Shown piece after piece: positions 12,239 to 23,499 of a stretch of DNA of 64,000 bases. The translations under genes and the position numbers were made by a program. The DNA is taken from IMG/VR virus record IMGVR_UViG_3300028564_000002. One strand, given 5' to 3'. Positions within the stretch are counted from its first letter, which is position 1. Every line of letters starts with the position of its first letter. The stretch comes from an uncultured virus (IMG/VR IMGVR_UViG_3300028564_000002) (lineage: Duplodnaviria; Heunggongvirae; Uroviricota; Caudoviricetes). The notes under the pieces were generated by a model, which was not told where the DNA came from, ran no database searches, and worked only from the letters and a program-made list of their open reading frames with translations.

Positions 12239-12661
12239 TTAATCTTGACTTTCGTTCTCATCGTATGGACATGGTTTTTTCTCTCGTTCGTCTGCATTAT
12301 AATATTCGTAACAGCTTCTTACTCCCTTTTCTTCTGATATGTTTTCGCACATCCAACAATCGCCGCATCCGGGCGCACCGCCATTATAATAGGCAAGAGC
12401 GCAAGTCTTACAAATACAGAAATTACATTTATCCATTAGTATCAGCTCCGTTTTTTTTATGAAAAGTCCACAATGACAAGTATCTCCTTCTTTAACATTT
12501 TCACGAAAATCTTTGCAGGGACATACATAATCTTTGGCATTCTGTGTGCAATATTTATATGATGGTACACAAGGGCAGAAACGCTCCCCATAGAGTTCTT
12601 TATTTTTATTAAGAGCATCACGTATCTCTGCAACCAAAACCTTATCATCATTTATTTTCAT
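12239..12661 (-). CDS. Ferredoxin:thioredoxin reductase catalytic-subunit-like protein with a Cys-rich C-terminus
   Basis: CPC...CPC...CHC signature. Confidence 0.75.
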   Translation of the reverse strand: MKINDDKVLVAEIRDALNKNKELYGERFCPCVPSYKYCTQNAKDYVCPCKDFRENVKEGDTCHCGLFIKKTELILMDKCNFCICKTCALAYYNGGAPGCGDCWMCENISEEKGVRSCYEYYNADEREKKPCPYDENESQD

Positions 12662-13247
12662 GAGTCTTTTCCTCCTTTAAGTCTTCTGATAACCCTTCAA
12701 TTATTAATTTTCTATAATTCTCGCTAACTTCTATACTGTGAATTATAGTTTTTAATGGTAAAGCGTATTGATTTGGACTTGCCAACTCAACTCCGAGTGT
12801 TTCATCCATATGAGATTTTTGGTCTGGGATGAATCTACCAAATTTAATTATAATATTCATATCCCTATATATATCAAGCATTTTGATTTTATCCTTGATT
12901 TCCCACACACGATATCCAGTATATATAACTATATCAGGCTTGGGTTCGTCTGGATAGAGAGTATGACAACATACAAGGTGTGATATCAATTCTACCATAT
13001 CAGCAAAAGAGTCAAATGGTTCAAGTCCGCCAAATACGACAGCTTCAGTGATAGGATTCTCGTAATAACGTTTTGCAATTTCCACGGCGTCCATTTCAAT
13101 CTATGGGGCGGCGGCGAGAGCAGAGTTTTGACAAATAGGTCTGCCGCACTCCTTATCACACTTAAATGAACAAGTTGGAAAACCTATAAACATTGAAGGC
13201 TTTTTATATTGACAAAAGTCTTCATCAATTAGATTTACTATCTTCAT
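12648..13247 (-). CDS. nrdG: Anaerobic RNR activase (radical SAM)
   Basis: Read through TAG 13101: GFPTCSFKCDKECGRPICQN, then FGGLEP, IYTGY, KFGRF and ASPNQ. It lies beside nrdD. Confidence 0.8.
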
Positions 13248-13431
13248 TGTATTCTCCTATTATAATAGCGTTTACTGGCAAATTATCAAAGATATCTGGA
13301 GGAGCAAGTCCTGCCTCTATCATTCTTTCAAGACGCTATCTTGTTATATAACATTTTGGCGGTATATATCCTTTGCTATTTTGGACTGCTTTAATAAGTC
13401 TATCAAGCTCTTCTTTAGTTAATTTCTCCAC
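13225..13431 (-). CDS. Small hypothetical protein
   Basis: GTG start with RBS, one internal TAG, and it overlaps both neighbours. Confidence 0.4.
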
Positions 13432-13810
13432 TATTAGTCCTCCAATACTCAAAGACAACAACTGTCATTTTATTTCTTTTCGCAGTATCAATCATATTCT
13501 TTGTTCCACGAGACTCTCCGTCCCAAAAAGCAAACAATATTCCTCCTTCTGCATACTGTGCCATTTCGGCATTTCTTATCATGCCCGCACTTTTACCATA
13601 CTTATCCCATTGAGCAGGAAAAACAGTTAGCTTAATACCATATCTGTTAGCGAATTTTTCTCCTATTTTATCGGCACCACGTGCACCGCCACTGATTATC
13701 TCAATGTCGGTGCTGTGAATACCATTCTCTTTGAAATATGATAAAAGCTTTGTTTCTGCATAAACATAATTATCGAAGTCTCTCGAACCTGCGATAATAA
13801 CTTTATTCAT
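13415..13810 (-). CDS. SLOG/DUF2493 (YspA-like) protein
   Basis: IIAGSRDF, ISGGARGAD, AGMIRNAEM and FWDGESRGT. Confidence 0.8.
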   Translation of the reverse strand: MNKVIIAGSRDFDNYVYAETKLLSYFKENGIHSTDIEIISGGARGADKIGEKFANRYGIKLTVFPAQWDKYGKSAGMIRNAEMAQYAEGGILFAFWDGESRGTKNMIDTAKRNKMTVVVFEYWRTNSGEIN

Positions 13811-16800
13811 AATCAACCTCTACTTCCATATTTGTTTCCCATTTAGCAGTCTTACCCCACTCTCTCATCTTGTATTCTGCCTTACGTGGTGCAGTCCAAG
13901 ATGTAAGAGGAACCATAAAACCAACTATTCTTGTATATTCTGTTTCTACTGGCTTACCACAAACAGGGCAAGTTGTTCCATAGAACGCATGATTATCTTC
14001 ACAAACCTGAATCTTTGTATTGAAAGCAAAGTAAGTAACGCCCTGGTCAGCGATATACTCAACCATCTTCCTTGCTGATTCATAACTCTTAAATGGAGCA
14101 TCAATATTAGCATGAAGAATTGACTTAAATAGAATATTTTTCTTGTAATCTTTTTTCAACATATGCCTTAAGTTCTTCTTGTCTCTTGCAATTATTCACA
14201 TACTCAAGTATTTTATCATCATTTCGAGTAGAACGAAAATTTTTAAATAGAATTAGTTCAGCACTATATCTTGCATAAACTGCGTCTTCTAACTTTTCAT
14301 ATCTACCAAGATAGCATTTAATTCCATCCATGCGTATTTCTGAGGTCCATTTATTGCGTTGTTTATCCCAACACACACCTGCTACCCCAGATTTGTTATT
14401 AGATAAAATAGTTTTGTTTATTAAATTTTTTGATTGGGGAATAATTCTTAAATTACTTTTTCGATTATCTGCTCGATTTCCATTTATATGGTCAACAACC
14501 ATATTTTCAGGTGGAGATAATAACCAACGATGAATTTGAATTGGCTGATAATTTCCAGTAAAATATTGACCTTTCCAAAATCTCCACTTTCTTGATAAAA
14601 CTTTTTCTAAATCTTCTGTATCAATAAGAAATTTACCAGAAGGTTCATTATTTCTATTAAAACAATAAATCCAAGTTCCTTCTTCTGTAATTTCGTATTC
14701 ATTAGAATCGAAACAAGTCTTTTGACTTTCGTCTAAGAATTTCCCAAATTTTATATACTGTGAATAATGCTTTCCACAAACTATCATAGGAATACCATGA
14801 TAGTTAATAGGATGTTGATTTGTTATGGGAATATCCTTCCCACATTGATTACATTTCATTTATATTCCTCCTTTTAGACTATCTCTTCTTACTTGGTGGG
14901 CAATCCCTCCACTGTAAGTTGTGCGCTTGGAAGTAGTGTCTATCTCTACTCCTACTGGGCTACATTCATCACCCATAGTCGTTACACCCGCTTTAAAAGC
15001 TTGGCACGGTGTTAGTCTCCTTTCACCGTTAGCCCAATTAAGGACACCCTTAGACAAGGTTCACACAATTTATTACTAAGGTGGCTCAATCTTCATCAAC
15101 CACCATTACAGAAGCTATCAAACATAGCTTGAACACGAACTCTTTCTTTAAGTGTAGCCTTAATACCAAGCGGCATAAACTGGTTACCATAAAGAGGAAG
15201 GTCGTAAATATCTGCGTCAGGATAGAAGAACATATCCTTTCTCATAAGTTTTGCAGCGGCATTTTCGCCAGGTATCTATTCTGTATTTATCTTGTAGTCA
15301 TATCCGCCGTCTTCAAGAAACTTATCAGCAACTTCTCTAATTGTTTTAAAGATAAGTTCGCCGAAATCTGCGGCCTCCTGAGTGTAATATGTATTACCAA
15401 GCTTATCATGATATGTACAACCGAACTTCTTCATTGTTTCATAAATACCGATAAATCCGATTGTATTATATAAATGTTCAAAATCAATAAGTCCATAAGA
15501 GAAGTTAGGAAGCAATCCTTTTTCAACATTTCTCTTAATAATATGACGAACAACATGAAGTGAACGAACTGCACAAAGTGTTCTTGCTTTCAATTCTTCA
15601 AGATACTCTTCCTTTGTATTTGTATCAAGAGCAAGTCTTGCGAGATTAATTGTATTAACCTTAATAGAGCCGACCTTCAATGCTGTTGAACCAATAGAGT
15701 TGAAATAGCCGAGGTCACGGATATCACTCTTAAGGCGGCAACAGTTAGAAAGACTTGATACGTTATCATCAATAAAGAGGTTAGAATCGCTCCACTTCAT
15801 ATTATGACAAATAGCCCATTCAGCGAACTCTTCATCCTTGAACTTGCCGTCTTTTCTTATCATAGAAATAGTGCTTACAGGGAAAGTAAACATATTCTCC
15901 TTACGAGTTTCTGCCATTACATCCATGTAAAGCTTCTGGAAGTCCATAATGCCGTCCATATGGTCATACATAGCTTCACCATTAGGAAACTCTGCTCCGC
16001 CAAAGAGAGCCATAAGATATTCTCTGTCAAATACAGAAGTATTTGTAAAGGCAGACTGCTGACCCACGTTATCATAATTTTCATTATGCGCTGACTATTT
16101 TTTATTACTTAGTTAAAAGTAATATTACTCTTTCCCGCCGCGTATCAATAGCGGAGGTACTCCTCTTCGCGAGGATAGTCGATACAGGCTTCGTTTAATT
16201 ATTTGCTCTAAGTGGATAGATAAGATTATCTCTCCTATACATTTTTGTTGAACCGTTTTTAATACCAATTATTATATTTGGAACTACATTATATTGCAAT
16301 GCAATTTGTCTTAAACTTATTTTTGTTGTAGAAATTAACTCAATAATTTCTGAAACTTGGTGGTAAGTTAATTGACCAGCATTTTTTGTAGCTCGGTATT
16401 GTCTAATTGGGTAAGAAATATCGTCTTGTTTATGATAAGTTCCATTATTTATTCTTGAAATAGTTCTTCCTTCTACCCCATATCTTTTTCCGATATCTTC
16501 ATAAGAAGAATAACTAAATTTTAAAGCATAAATAATTTCTTCAATATCTTCTTGGACAAGTTTACCAGTCGGATTAGGATTTTTTCTTAGTGGATATTCA
16601 TTATTTGAGTTGTAGTAAGTATTTCCTAAATTAATATCACTTACACAAGAAGAAGATACATTAAACTTTTTAGCAATATCTCTTATACTATTTTTTGTAA
16701 ATTTCAAATCTGAAACAATTTTTTCTAATTCAGTATCAGTTTTAAATTTTGCTTCAGGATGTTCAATACCTTTAAATAGAGGTGGTTCATTTCCTCCTTC

Positions 16801-19023
16801 AAGAATATTATAGCCATTTGGTCTTAAAGAATTATATTTAAGAATATAATATTTTTCTCGTTCATTGTAATTCTTTATTGGACCTTCTAATATTGACATA
16901 GTAAAATGTTCTTTACCATATTTTTGTATAGCCAAATCTATTAAACTATTATCACTATTAGGGCGGCAATGTTGATTAAATCTATGTTTAGGGTCATTTG
17001 ATTGACCAATATAAACCTTACTATTGATATCATTTGTAATTATGTAAATATATTTTTCCATTCATTTCACCTCCTTTATAATTATTTATTAGAGCAATTA
17101 AACGATTCCCACGAGATTACCATACCTATGTCTCCCGACAGGGGCTCCAGGCTCCCTCGTTAGCCACTATTTAAGTGACCCCAGTGATTACTGGAAAAGT
17201 AATAAATGGACAGTTCTAATTAGATTCTATCCCTTACACAAGGCTGATTTACAGCGTATATGAATCTCTGAATATTCTGTCTTGCATATGCTTCAGAATC
17301 ATTGATACCAAGATAAGCACTCTTTCTATCCTCATTCCAAAAGTAGTACATATAAGGAATAAGATTAGGTAATCCGACTGCCGTCGGAACTCCGATATTT
17401 CTATCGGGACTGACTGGATTTTCCTACGACCTTTGTCGCAGTGTTTCTCTGTCCCCTCACGTACCAATAGTGAGAGTACTCCACTTAACATGGATAGTCG
17501 ATACAGGCTTCATTAGAATTTTCGTAATGGATAGGACAGTCCATCACGATAATATTTTTTTGAAGTGCCGCGATTGATATTTTCAATGGCTCTTCTATCT
17601 ACATTATATCTTTTTGCAATTGAATTTATACTTTCTGAAGTATTAGATAAAGCATTTATAATTTCTGTAACTTGTTCATAGGTAAATAAAATAACTCCAG
17701 AACTTTTCCAATTTCTTATTGGATATTGGATATTATCTCGACGATGAGTCGTACCAGAATTTATCTTTGAAATGGTATGAACTTCAACTCCATATTCTCT
17801 AGCAATATCTCCATTAAAACGATAAGTATATTTTAAAATGTTAATAATGTCATCAACATCTTCTTCTGTTAATTTTCCATTTATATTTGGATTTTTTCTT
17901 ATCGGATAAGATTCATTCAACGATGCTCGGCTAATTCCTTGATTAATTCTAAGAACTTGCTTTTTTGAAATATTATATTTTTCTGCTAATTGAGATAATG
18001 GAATTTGAGTTTTTGCTAAATTATTTTTAAGTTTTAAAACCTCTTCGTCAGAAATTTTTACATTAGGATGTTCATTTCCATAGTAAATAGGAGGGCTATC
18101 TCCTCCATCCAAAATATTATACCCAAAAGGTTTCTTTGAATTATAATATTTAATCCAATATTGTTCTCGTTCATTATAATTTTCAATTTGAGATTCAAGA
18201 ATTTCAAACCAAAAATGTTCTTTGCCATATTTTTGAATTGCTTTATCTATTGAAGAGTTATCATAATCTCCTTTACAGTGAGATTTAAATCTTTTTTCTG
18301 TATCTAAGGCTTGTCCTATATATACCTTAGTATTTATATCATTTTTAATAATGTAAATATCTTTTCTAATGATTCCCACGGGATTAGCATATGAATTATC
18401 CATTCACTTAGCCTCCCCCGTTAGCCGCAAATGCGACCCTGCTGGTAAGCAGAAAAGAAACATATGGGCGCAGCAAATTCACCCGAAGTTCTATTACTTG
18501 CAAAGTTAATGAACTCCTTAACAAAGTCAACAAAAGTTGTCAAGTGCTTTGGAGGCTTTGCGTTGAAAGACTTGCCAAGGAAGTAAAGTCCCTTCTCAGC
18601 CAAATCCTTTAAATCATATGCAAAACAATAAGACTTAAAGGTTGCCGTATCTCCGTCGTGCATATAGATTTCTCCAATCCATTCTCTACGAAGCCACTCA
18701 TTAGCAGCCTTAAAACCATAGAACTTCTGCATCTCTGAATATATCTTTTGGAAAGCCATAACCTTTCTATGAGGCTTAGGCATTTCTGTTAAAAGTGTAA
18801 CAATATCCTTTCTTTTAACATTGGCATTAGAGTCAATACTTGCATCAGCAACTACATCTTCTCCAATAAAGTTATCCATAAATTCGCCGTATGAGAGCTG
18901 TTCATCACCGACGCCATTAAGATAACCCATTTCTGTTCCAAACTCATTAAAGAGAGCGTTCCACTGAATAGTGAAATTTCTATGTGTACCTCTCTTACCA
19001 ATCTAATTTACTTTATACTGCAT
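13803..19023 (-). CDS. nrdD: Class III ribonucleotide reductase in four exons (19023-18481, 17381-17229, 16064-15099, 14123-13803)
   Basis: Splices restore RTSG|AVGLPN, CVRD|GQQSAFTN and CNGG|SILHAN. Also present: YCFAY, NCCRL, NTE(TAG)IPGE, a Zn site and the glycyl-radical motif TRIVGF. Confidence 0.9.
14124..15098 (-). mobile_element. Group I intron 3 of nrdD
   Basis: P1 GGUGGU/GCCACC, core GTAACGACTA and AGAGATAGTC, terminal G. Confidence 0.85.
14125..14859 (-). CDS. HNH-AP2 homing endonuclease (intron-encoded)
   Basis: VDHINGNRADNRKSNLR followed by AP2-like SGVAGVCW...YLGRY...AVYAR. Confidence 0.85.
   Translation of the reverse strand: MKCNQCGKDIPITNQHPINYHGIPMIVCGKHYSQYIKFGKFLDESQKTCFDSNEYEITEEGTWIYCFNRNNEPSGKFLIDTEDLEKVLSRKWRFWKGQYFTGNYQPIQIHRWLLSPPENMVVDHINGNRADNRKSNLRIIPQSKNLINKTILSNNKSGVAGVCWDKQRNKWTSEIRMDGIKCYLGRYEKLEDAVYARYSAELILFKNFRSTRNDDKILEYVNNCKRQEELKAYVEKRLQEKYSI
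16065..17228 (-). mobile_element. Group I intron 2 of nrdD
   Basis: P1 GGAU/GUCC, core GTATCGACTATC and AAATAGTC, terminal G. Confidence 0.85.
16195..17061 (-). CDS. GIY-YIG homing endonuclease (intron-encoded)
   Basis: YIYIITN...VYIGQS...RFNQH, GYNI and C-terminal HTH repeats. Confidence 0.85.
   Translation of the reverse strand: MEKYIYIITNDINSKVYIGQSNDPKHRFNQHCRPNSDNSLIDLAIQKYGKEHFTMSILEGPIKNYNEREKYYILKYNSLRPNGYNILEGGNEPPLFKGIEHPEAKFKTDTELEKIVSDLKFTKNSIRDIAKKFNVSSSCVSDINLGNTYYNSNNEYPLRKNPNPTGKLVQEDIEEIIYALKFSYSSYEDIGKRYGVEGRTISRINNGTYHKQDDISYPIRQYRATKNAGQLTYHQVSEIIELISTTKISLRQIALQYNVVPNIIIGIKNGSTKMYRRDNLIYPLRANN
17382..18480 (-). mobile_element. Group I intron 1 of nrdD
   Basis: P1 GGGU/GCCC, core GTATCGACTATC, terminal G before GCA GTC GGA. 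Confidence 0.85.
17513..18403 (-). CDS. GIY-YIG homing endonuclease (intron-encoded)
   Basis: DIYIIKN...VYIGQA...RFKSH and GYNI; paralogous to 16195-17061. Confidence 0.85.
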   Translation of the reverse strand: MDNSYANPVGIIRKDIYIIKNDINTKVYIGQALDTEKRFKSHCKGDYDNSSIDKAIQKYGKEHFWFEILESQIENYNEREQYWIKYYNSKKPFGYNILDGGDSPPIYYGNEHPNVKISDEEVLKLKNNLAKTQIPLSQLAEKYNISKKQVLRINQGISRASLNESYPIRKNPNINGKLTEEDVDDIINILKYTYRFNGDIAREYGVEVHTISKINSGTTHRRDNIQYPIRNWKSSGVILFTYEQVTEIINALSNTSESINSIAKRYNVDRRAIENINRGTSKKYYRDGLSYPLRKF

Positions 19024-19285
19024 TAGTCTGCTCACCTGCCCATTTCATTGCATTTTCAAAGTCCATGTATGTGAACTTCATAAGTGTTTCTCCTTCGCCA
19101 AGTTCTTCAACTGCAAGAATAGGCACCATATCTGTGCCAATCTCTTCGCATACCTTTTCAATATCCTCCATATTATCATTGATAGTATAAGGGATATTTG
19201 CTGCATCGAGTCTCTTTGCTAAAATCTTACAGCGAGGGCATCCTGTTGAATAAAGTGTAACTCCTGTTGAATAAAGTGTAACCAT
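19013..19285 (-). CDS. nrdH: Glutaredoxin-like NrdH redoxin
   Basis: TLYSTGCPRC and the VP cis-Pro motif; overlaps the nrdD start. Confidence 0.75.
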   Translation of the reverse strand: MVTLYSTGVTLYSTGCPRCKILAKRLDAANIPYTINDNMEDIEKVCEEIGTDMVPILAVEELGEGETLMKFTYMDFENAMKWAGEQTNAV

Positions 19286-19434
19286 GCTCTTTTACTCCTT
19301 TTTTTTATTTTATATTTTTATTTTACCATATCTTAACAAAAAAGTCAAGTTTTGGTAAATATAAAGTAAAAATCAGACAAGATGATTCCAACGATTTCAG
19401 GTCATTCGAATCAAATCATCTGATTTTATCAAAA

Positions 19435-19995
19435 TCATCTCTTTGGTGTGTCTTTACCATTCTCATCGAAGTAATATCCTTCAATGTAAAGGCGGCAATT
19501 CTGTGAGCCAGAACGAAGCTTACCTTGAACGGCGCATCTGTCGACATACTCATTCCACTTTACATTGGCGTGTCCTTTAACCTTAATAAACTCAACCTCA
19601 CAGAAATTCTTATTAAGGATAGAAATAGACTCATCAATTTCCTTTATGATATCTACGTTTTCAATGGGTTCGTGTTTCTTTCCTCTTGTCCAACCGTTAG
19701 CCTTCCAGCTCTTTATCCAGCTTGTGAATATCCCTATACAATAGGCAGAGTCAGAATAGACCTCAACTTTCTCACCAGCTATCTTCATAAACACGAGTTT
19801 TCTGAGAGCACGATTGATAGCCTGAAGTTCCATGCGGTTATTTGTTGTCTCTGGTACGCCGCCGTAAGCTGACATGATAACTTCTTCATTTTCATTGAGC
19901 ATAACAAATGCAAAGCCGCCTGCTTCACGTACATACTCACCATCAACTTTCCTCATTGTTGCAGCGCCATCACTGTATATAATATATTTACCCAT
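19435..19995 (-). CDS. rnhA: Ribonuclease HI
   Basis: YSDGA, TNNRMEL, SDSAY, VKGH and NEYVD. Confidence 0.9.
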   Translation of the reverse strand: MGKYIIYSDGAATMRKVDGEYVREAGGFAFVMLNENEEVIMSAYGGVPETTNNRMELQAINRALRKLVFMKIAGEKVEVYSDSAYCIGIFTSWIKSWKANGWTRGKKHEPIENVDIIKEIDESISILNKNFCEVEFIKVKGHANVKWNEYVDRCAVQGKLRSGSQNCRLYIEGYYFDENGKDTPKR

Positions 19996-20275
19996 TATAA
20001 TCTCCTCTCAATTCAAAATGTTTACAACTATCATTCGGCTTAAAACATGGAATTCGACTTGTAATCATACCAAGCCAACTTGTGCCACCAGGGTAACAAT
20101 GAAGATTAACCCATCCAGTTGCTACTTCATCACGTTCATAAAAGTTAAGTAAGTCTTCATCATTCGTATAGTCAATTTTATCAGTTCCAAGCGTGGCGGC
20201 GCAGCCAACATATTCTTTGTTTTCTGCTTTTCTCGCATATTTGCAATACTGACATTTTATCATTTCGTAATCCAT
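19988..20275 (-). CDS. Cys-rich hypothetical protein
   Basis: ORF with RBS and promoter; CxxC at the N-terminus. Confidence 0.5.
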   Translation of the reverse strand: MDYEMIKCQYCKYARKAENKEYVGCAATLGTDKIDYTNDEDLLNFYERDEVATGWVNLHCYPGGTSWLGMITSRIPCFKPNDSCKHFELRGDYNG

Positions 20276-20364
20276 TTTCTTGCTCCTTTCAAATTTTCTA
20301 CAATAATTATAACAAAAATTTTTAAAAAAGTCAAGAAAAAGAGGGCGATTGCTCGCCCTCATAC

Positions 20365-20847
20365 TCATTTAACTTGCCAAGTCATCATTTCATTATAAAG
20401 TTCGTGTGCAAATGAATTACCTCCAATTGCACTATATGTCTGATATAAAGAACACAGGTCATTCTTTGTATTCAAATCAAGTGTTTTATCATCACAATGC
20501 TCGTAATAAATCTAAGTAATTGAGTGTCTCACTTCGGATTTATTTATCTCACGAGTTTCGTGACGGTATTCTTCAATTCTTTTATCCATTGCCTCAAGCT
20601 TTTCAGTAAGCTCACTCCTTAGCTCCTCAACGGAGTTCTTAATGTCCTCTGCAAATTTTGTAAACATTTCGATAGCCGCATCATTCTTTCTCTTTTCTTC
20701 ATCCATTTCTTGTTTAAGCTGTTCATCAGCTTCATCAGGCTCTTTTTTAGCCTTAATAATATCAACTACTACTTTGCCGACCGCTGTAATAACAGCACCA
20801 AGTCCTGCGGCGATAGCTGCGATAATTACTTCGTTCACCTTATTCAC
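20365..20847 (-). CDS. Membrane-anchored coiled-coil phage protein (holin-like)
   Basis: N-terminal TM helix. Reading through TAG 20512 adds LYQTYSAIGGNSF. Confidence 0.55.
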
Positions 20848-21236
20848 CTCCGATTTAGCAAGTCATTGTGGAATTTATCTTTAACCCTATAAGCGGGGTT
20901 AGTAAATAAAGACTCAAAAGTGAGATTATCGTAATCCCAATATGGCACTCTTATCAGAGGAATATTCTTTCTCAAACAGTAGGCATTTTTACGTCTATCC
21001 CACTCTTGAGTCTGTTTAAACTCGAATATGGTTCTCTAAAAATAGGGAACTCTTTCAAAATGCTATTTTCCATCAAACTCTATAAAACATACCAAACTTC
21101 TACCTTTATATACCGCAAAGTCAAATCTTAATAGATTACCTTTCAGACTTTTTAAATCTGGCAGACTCACTTCTCTTTTATAAGAAACTTTATGAGCACG
21201 TAGTAATCTTTCAATTTTATCTTCGCCTTTGGACAT
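20844..21236 (-). CDS. PD-(D/E)xK (DUF2726/Vsr-like) endonuclease, missed by the ORF track
   Basis: SKGE...LRFDFAV...IEFDGK(TAG)HF...DRRKNAYC...LIRVPYW. Confidence 0.8.
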
Positions 21237-22213
21237 TACATATCTCCATATCTTTTGGTAGGTTTAGGCTGTTTTGGTGGCTTAGGTGGAAAATAGGGTT
21301 TCTCCTAAATAAGGGGAGAATAAGGAACTTCGCCATCAGCAATGTGGAAAGTAGCAATATGATAGAAGCCATGACCTTCATCATCAATTGGAATACCGAA
21401 AGGATATTCTCTCTTCATTCTATCAACAGCTTCTTCAAATGTTTCTTTGTTCCACTCGTACATATCGCAATTCAGCATAGCAGAGAAATGAGTTGTGTTG
21501 ATAATGTCTTTTCTTGGAGGAGGTGGCGGCATGACCGCATTGATAATCTTTTCTCTCCATTCAATAAGACCAAGCTACATTTCTTCAAGTGAATCTTTGT
21601 TCAAGTCATATTCAACTCCATAGAAAGCTTCCTTACATGACTTTAACTCATAAAGGTCAGAATCCTTATCATAGTTAAGCTGAATAAGAATGTAATGATT
21701 GTGTTCAAGGTAAACCACATTTACATAATTAATACCATTGAACTTAGCAAGGAACAACTTACCCTTTCCATCTGTATTATCAAATACAACTTCTTTTGGT
21801 AAGTATTTCTCGGCATGAACAAGTGGGAATCCAATAAAGTCTGGAATCGTGATATATTTGTCAGTAAGTTCATAATCTGCCTATGGGGCGCCAAGTATGT
21901 TCTACATCAAAGTAATTGTTTTAAGATAATCTTTCTTAAAGCTGCACATCTTAAAATGACGACAAGTAAAACAGCGAGGCTGTACTTGCGTATGCTTTGG
22001 AGGTAGTCTATGAGGTATTGGCGCGAGTATTGGCGGTTTATGACACTGCGGCGGCACAAGCGGTTTAATCTTTTCCTATGTGCCAGGAGGACAAGGAACT
22101 GGACCAAAAGCAGGTTCGATATGCGGCTTTGGTGGAGGAATTGCACCAGGTGGCGGCATAACAGGACCAGTAGTCTACTCTGGATACCAGTAATCGTCAA
22201 ATCTGTCGTTCAT
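21236..22213 (-). CDS. Proline-rich hypothetical protein (325 aa, six TAGs)
   Basis: A single frame from ATG 22213 to TAA 21236 when TAG is sense; includes CFTCRHFKMC. Confidence 0.7.
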
Positions 22214-22303
22214 TAATTTCACCTCACTGTAAAAAAATAGGGTAGAACTAAATTCTACCCTTACTATAATTATGTGGTTTTAAATGAGGTTTCATCCAAC
22301 TTT

Positions 22304-23443
22304 TTACTTAATAAGCTGTCCATACTCACAATCTGTGGATTTCTTATCATCACGCCATTTATCAATTTTACCGTGGCGGAGAGTGTAATCATTATCGATA
22401 TGCTCAATCTCCATAGCAGTTAACTCTGCTACCTTACCAACCCATTTGTCAGGATTCTTGGTAATGCCTTCCTTTATCTCGTCTGGTATGTTGCTTATCC
22501 AAGCAATGTGGCGAGGCTTGTCACCATCCATTACAGAGAAGGAAATGGCACTTGCCCAACCGTGGTAGTAAGGCTTTGTAACTGGCTCAACAGGATGTCC
22601 AGCACAGAAAAGACCGAACTGACAAGTATTGAATTTCTCACCAGTTTTTGTGTTCTCCCAGTAAGACCAAGTCTCCATTTTATTGCCGTTGTAGAGACGA
22701 GTTGGAGTTTTGTAGTCGCCGTCAACAAAAGCATCGATTGTATCTTCGAGTTCCTTCTTCATCTTCAAGGTCATCCAAGCTGTTCTCTTACCACAAAGAT
22801 AATGACAATCTTCTCTGGTAATAACAATGCCCTCGCCACCTGCGGCAATAATCTGTCCATAAAGTTCCCAAAGTTCCTTACCTTTTACATACTCTGCCAT
22901 TTCAACATAGTCGTTATGTCTGAGAACGTCGAGTAATTCATAGTAAAGATATGTATTAACTCTTTCAGAAATAGGAGTATCAATTAAGCTTTTACCATTA
23001 CAAGCAACTACATCGAATACGTAAAAGTGGAGATAACCATTCTTCTTCTGACGTTCAAGGCACTTGTCCTTTAAGCAGTTAAGAACAGAAGTTATCTTAC
23101 GGCTACCTTCGTTATCAGGGAAATAAATTTCACCAATGAGAGCGGTACCGTTAGGAATGGAACTTAGCTCCTTACAAATATGTGGAATCCACTCTGCCTT
23201 GTCCTGATAGCCGCCATTTACTGACTCTGTACGACTTCTCATATGGAAGTTGCCGTCCATGTCCTTGATAATCATTGCCCAGGCTCCATCCATTTTACGG
23301 CTACCAATATATTTATCAGACATTACCAGTTCCTTAGCCTTAGCTTTCTTATCACCTTTAAATGCGGCAGTGAAAGCATAATACTTCTGTGGTGTCATAT
23401 TCCAAAAATCAAAACCATCAATAATTACACTCATATCACTCAT
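22304..23443 (-). CDS. ATP-dependent DNA ligase
   Basis: RKMDG, GEIY, FYVFD, EGIVI, WMTLKMK and LRHG...WRDDK. Confidence 0.85.
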   Translation of the reverse strand: MSDMSVIIDGFDFWNMTPQKYYAFTAAFKGDKKAKAKELVMSDKYIGSRKMDGAWAMIIKDMDGNFHMRSRTESVNGGYQDKAEWIPHICKELSSIPNGTALIGEIYFPDNEGSRKITSVLNCLKDKCLERQKKNGYLHFYVFDVVACNGKSLIDTPISERVNTYLYYELLDVLRHNDYVEMAEYVKGKELWELYGQIIAAGGEGIVITREDCHYLCGKRTAWMTLKMKKELEDTIDAFVDGDYKTPTRLYNGNKMETWSYWENTKTGEKFNTCQFGLFCAGHPVEPVTKPYYHGWASAISFSVMDGDKPRHIAWISNIPDEIKEGITKNPDKWVGKVAELTAMEIEHIDNDYTLRHGKIDKWRDDKKSTDCEYGQLIK

Positions 23444-23499
23444 ATAAGTTCCTCCTTAAAAAGATTACGCTTTTATTATAAAATAAATTTTCAAAAAAG

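Noticed and set aside
14860..15057. Short ORFs at 14860-15057, 17249-17491 and 154-351
   Set aside because: They overlap intron cores or are alternate frames of exon or intein sequence.
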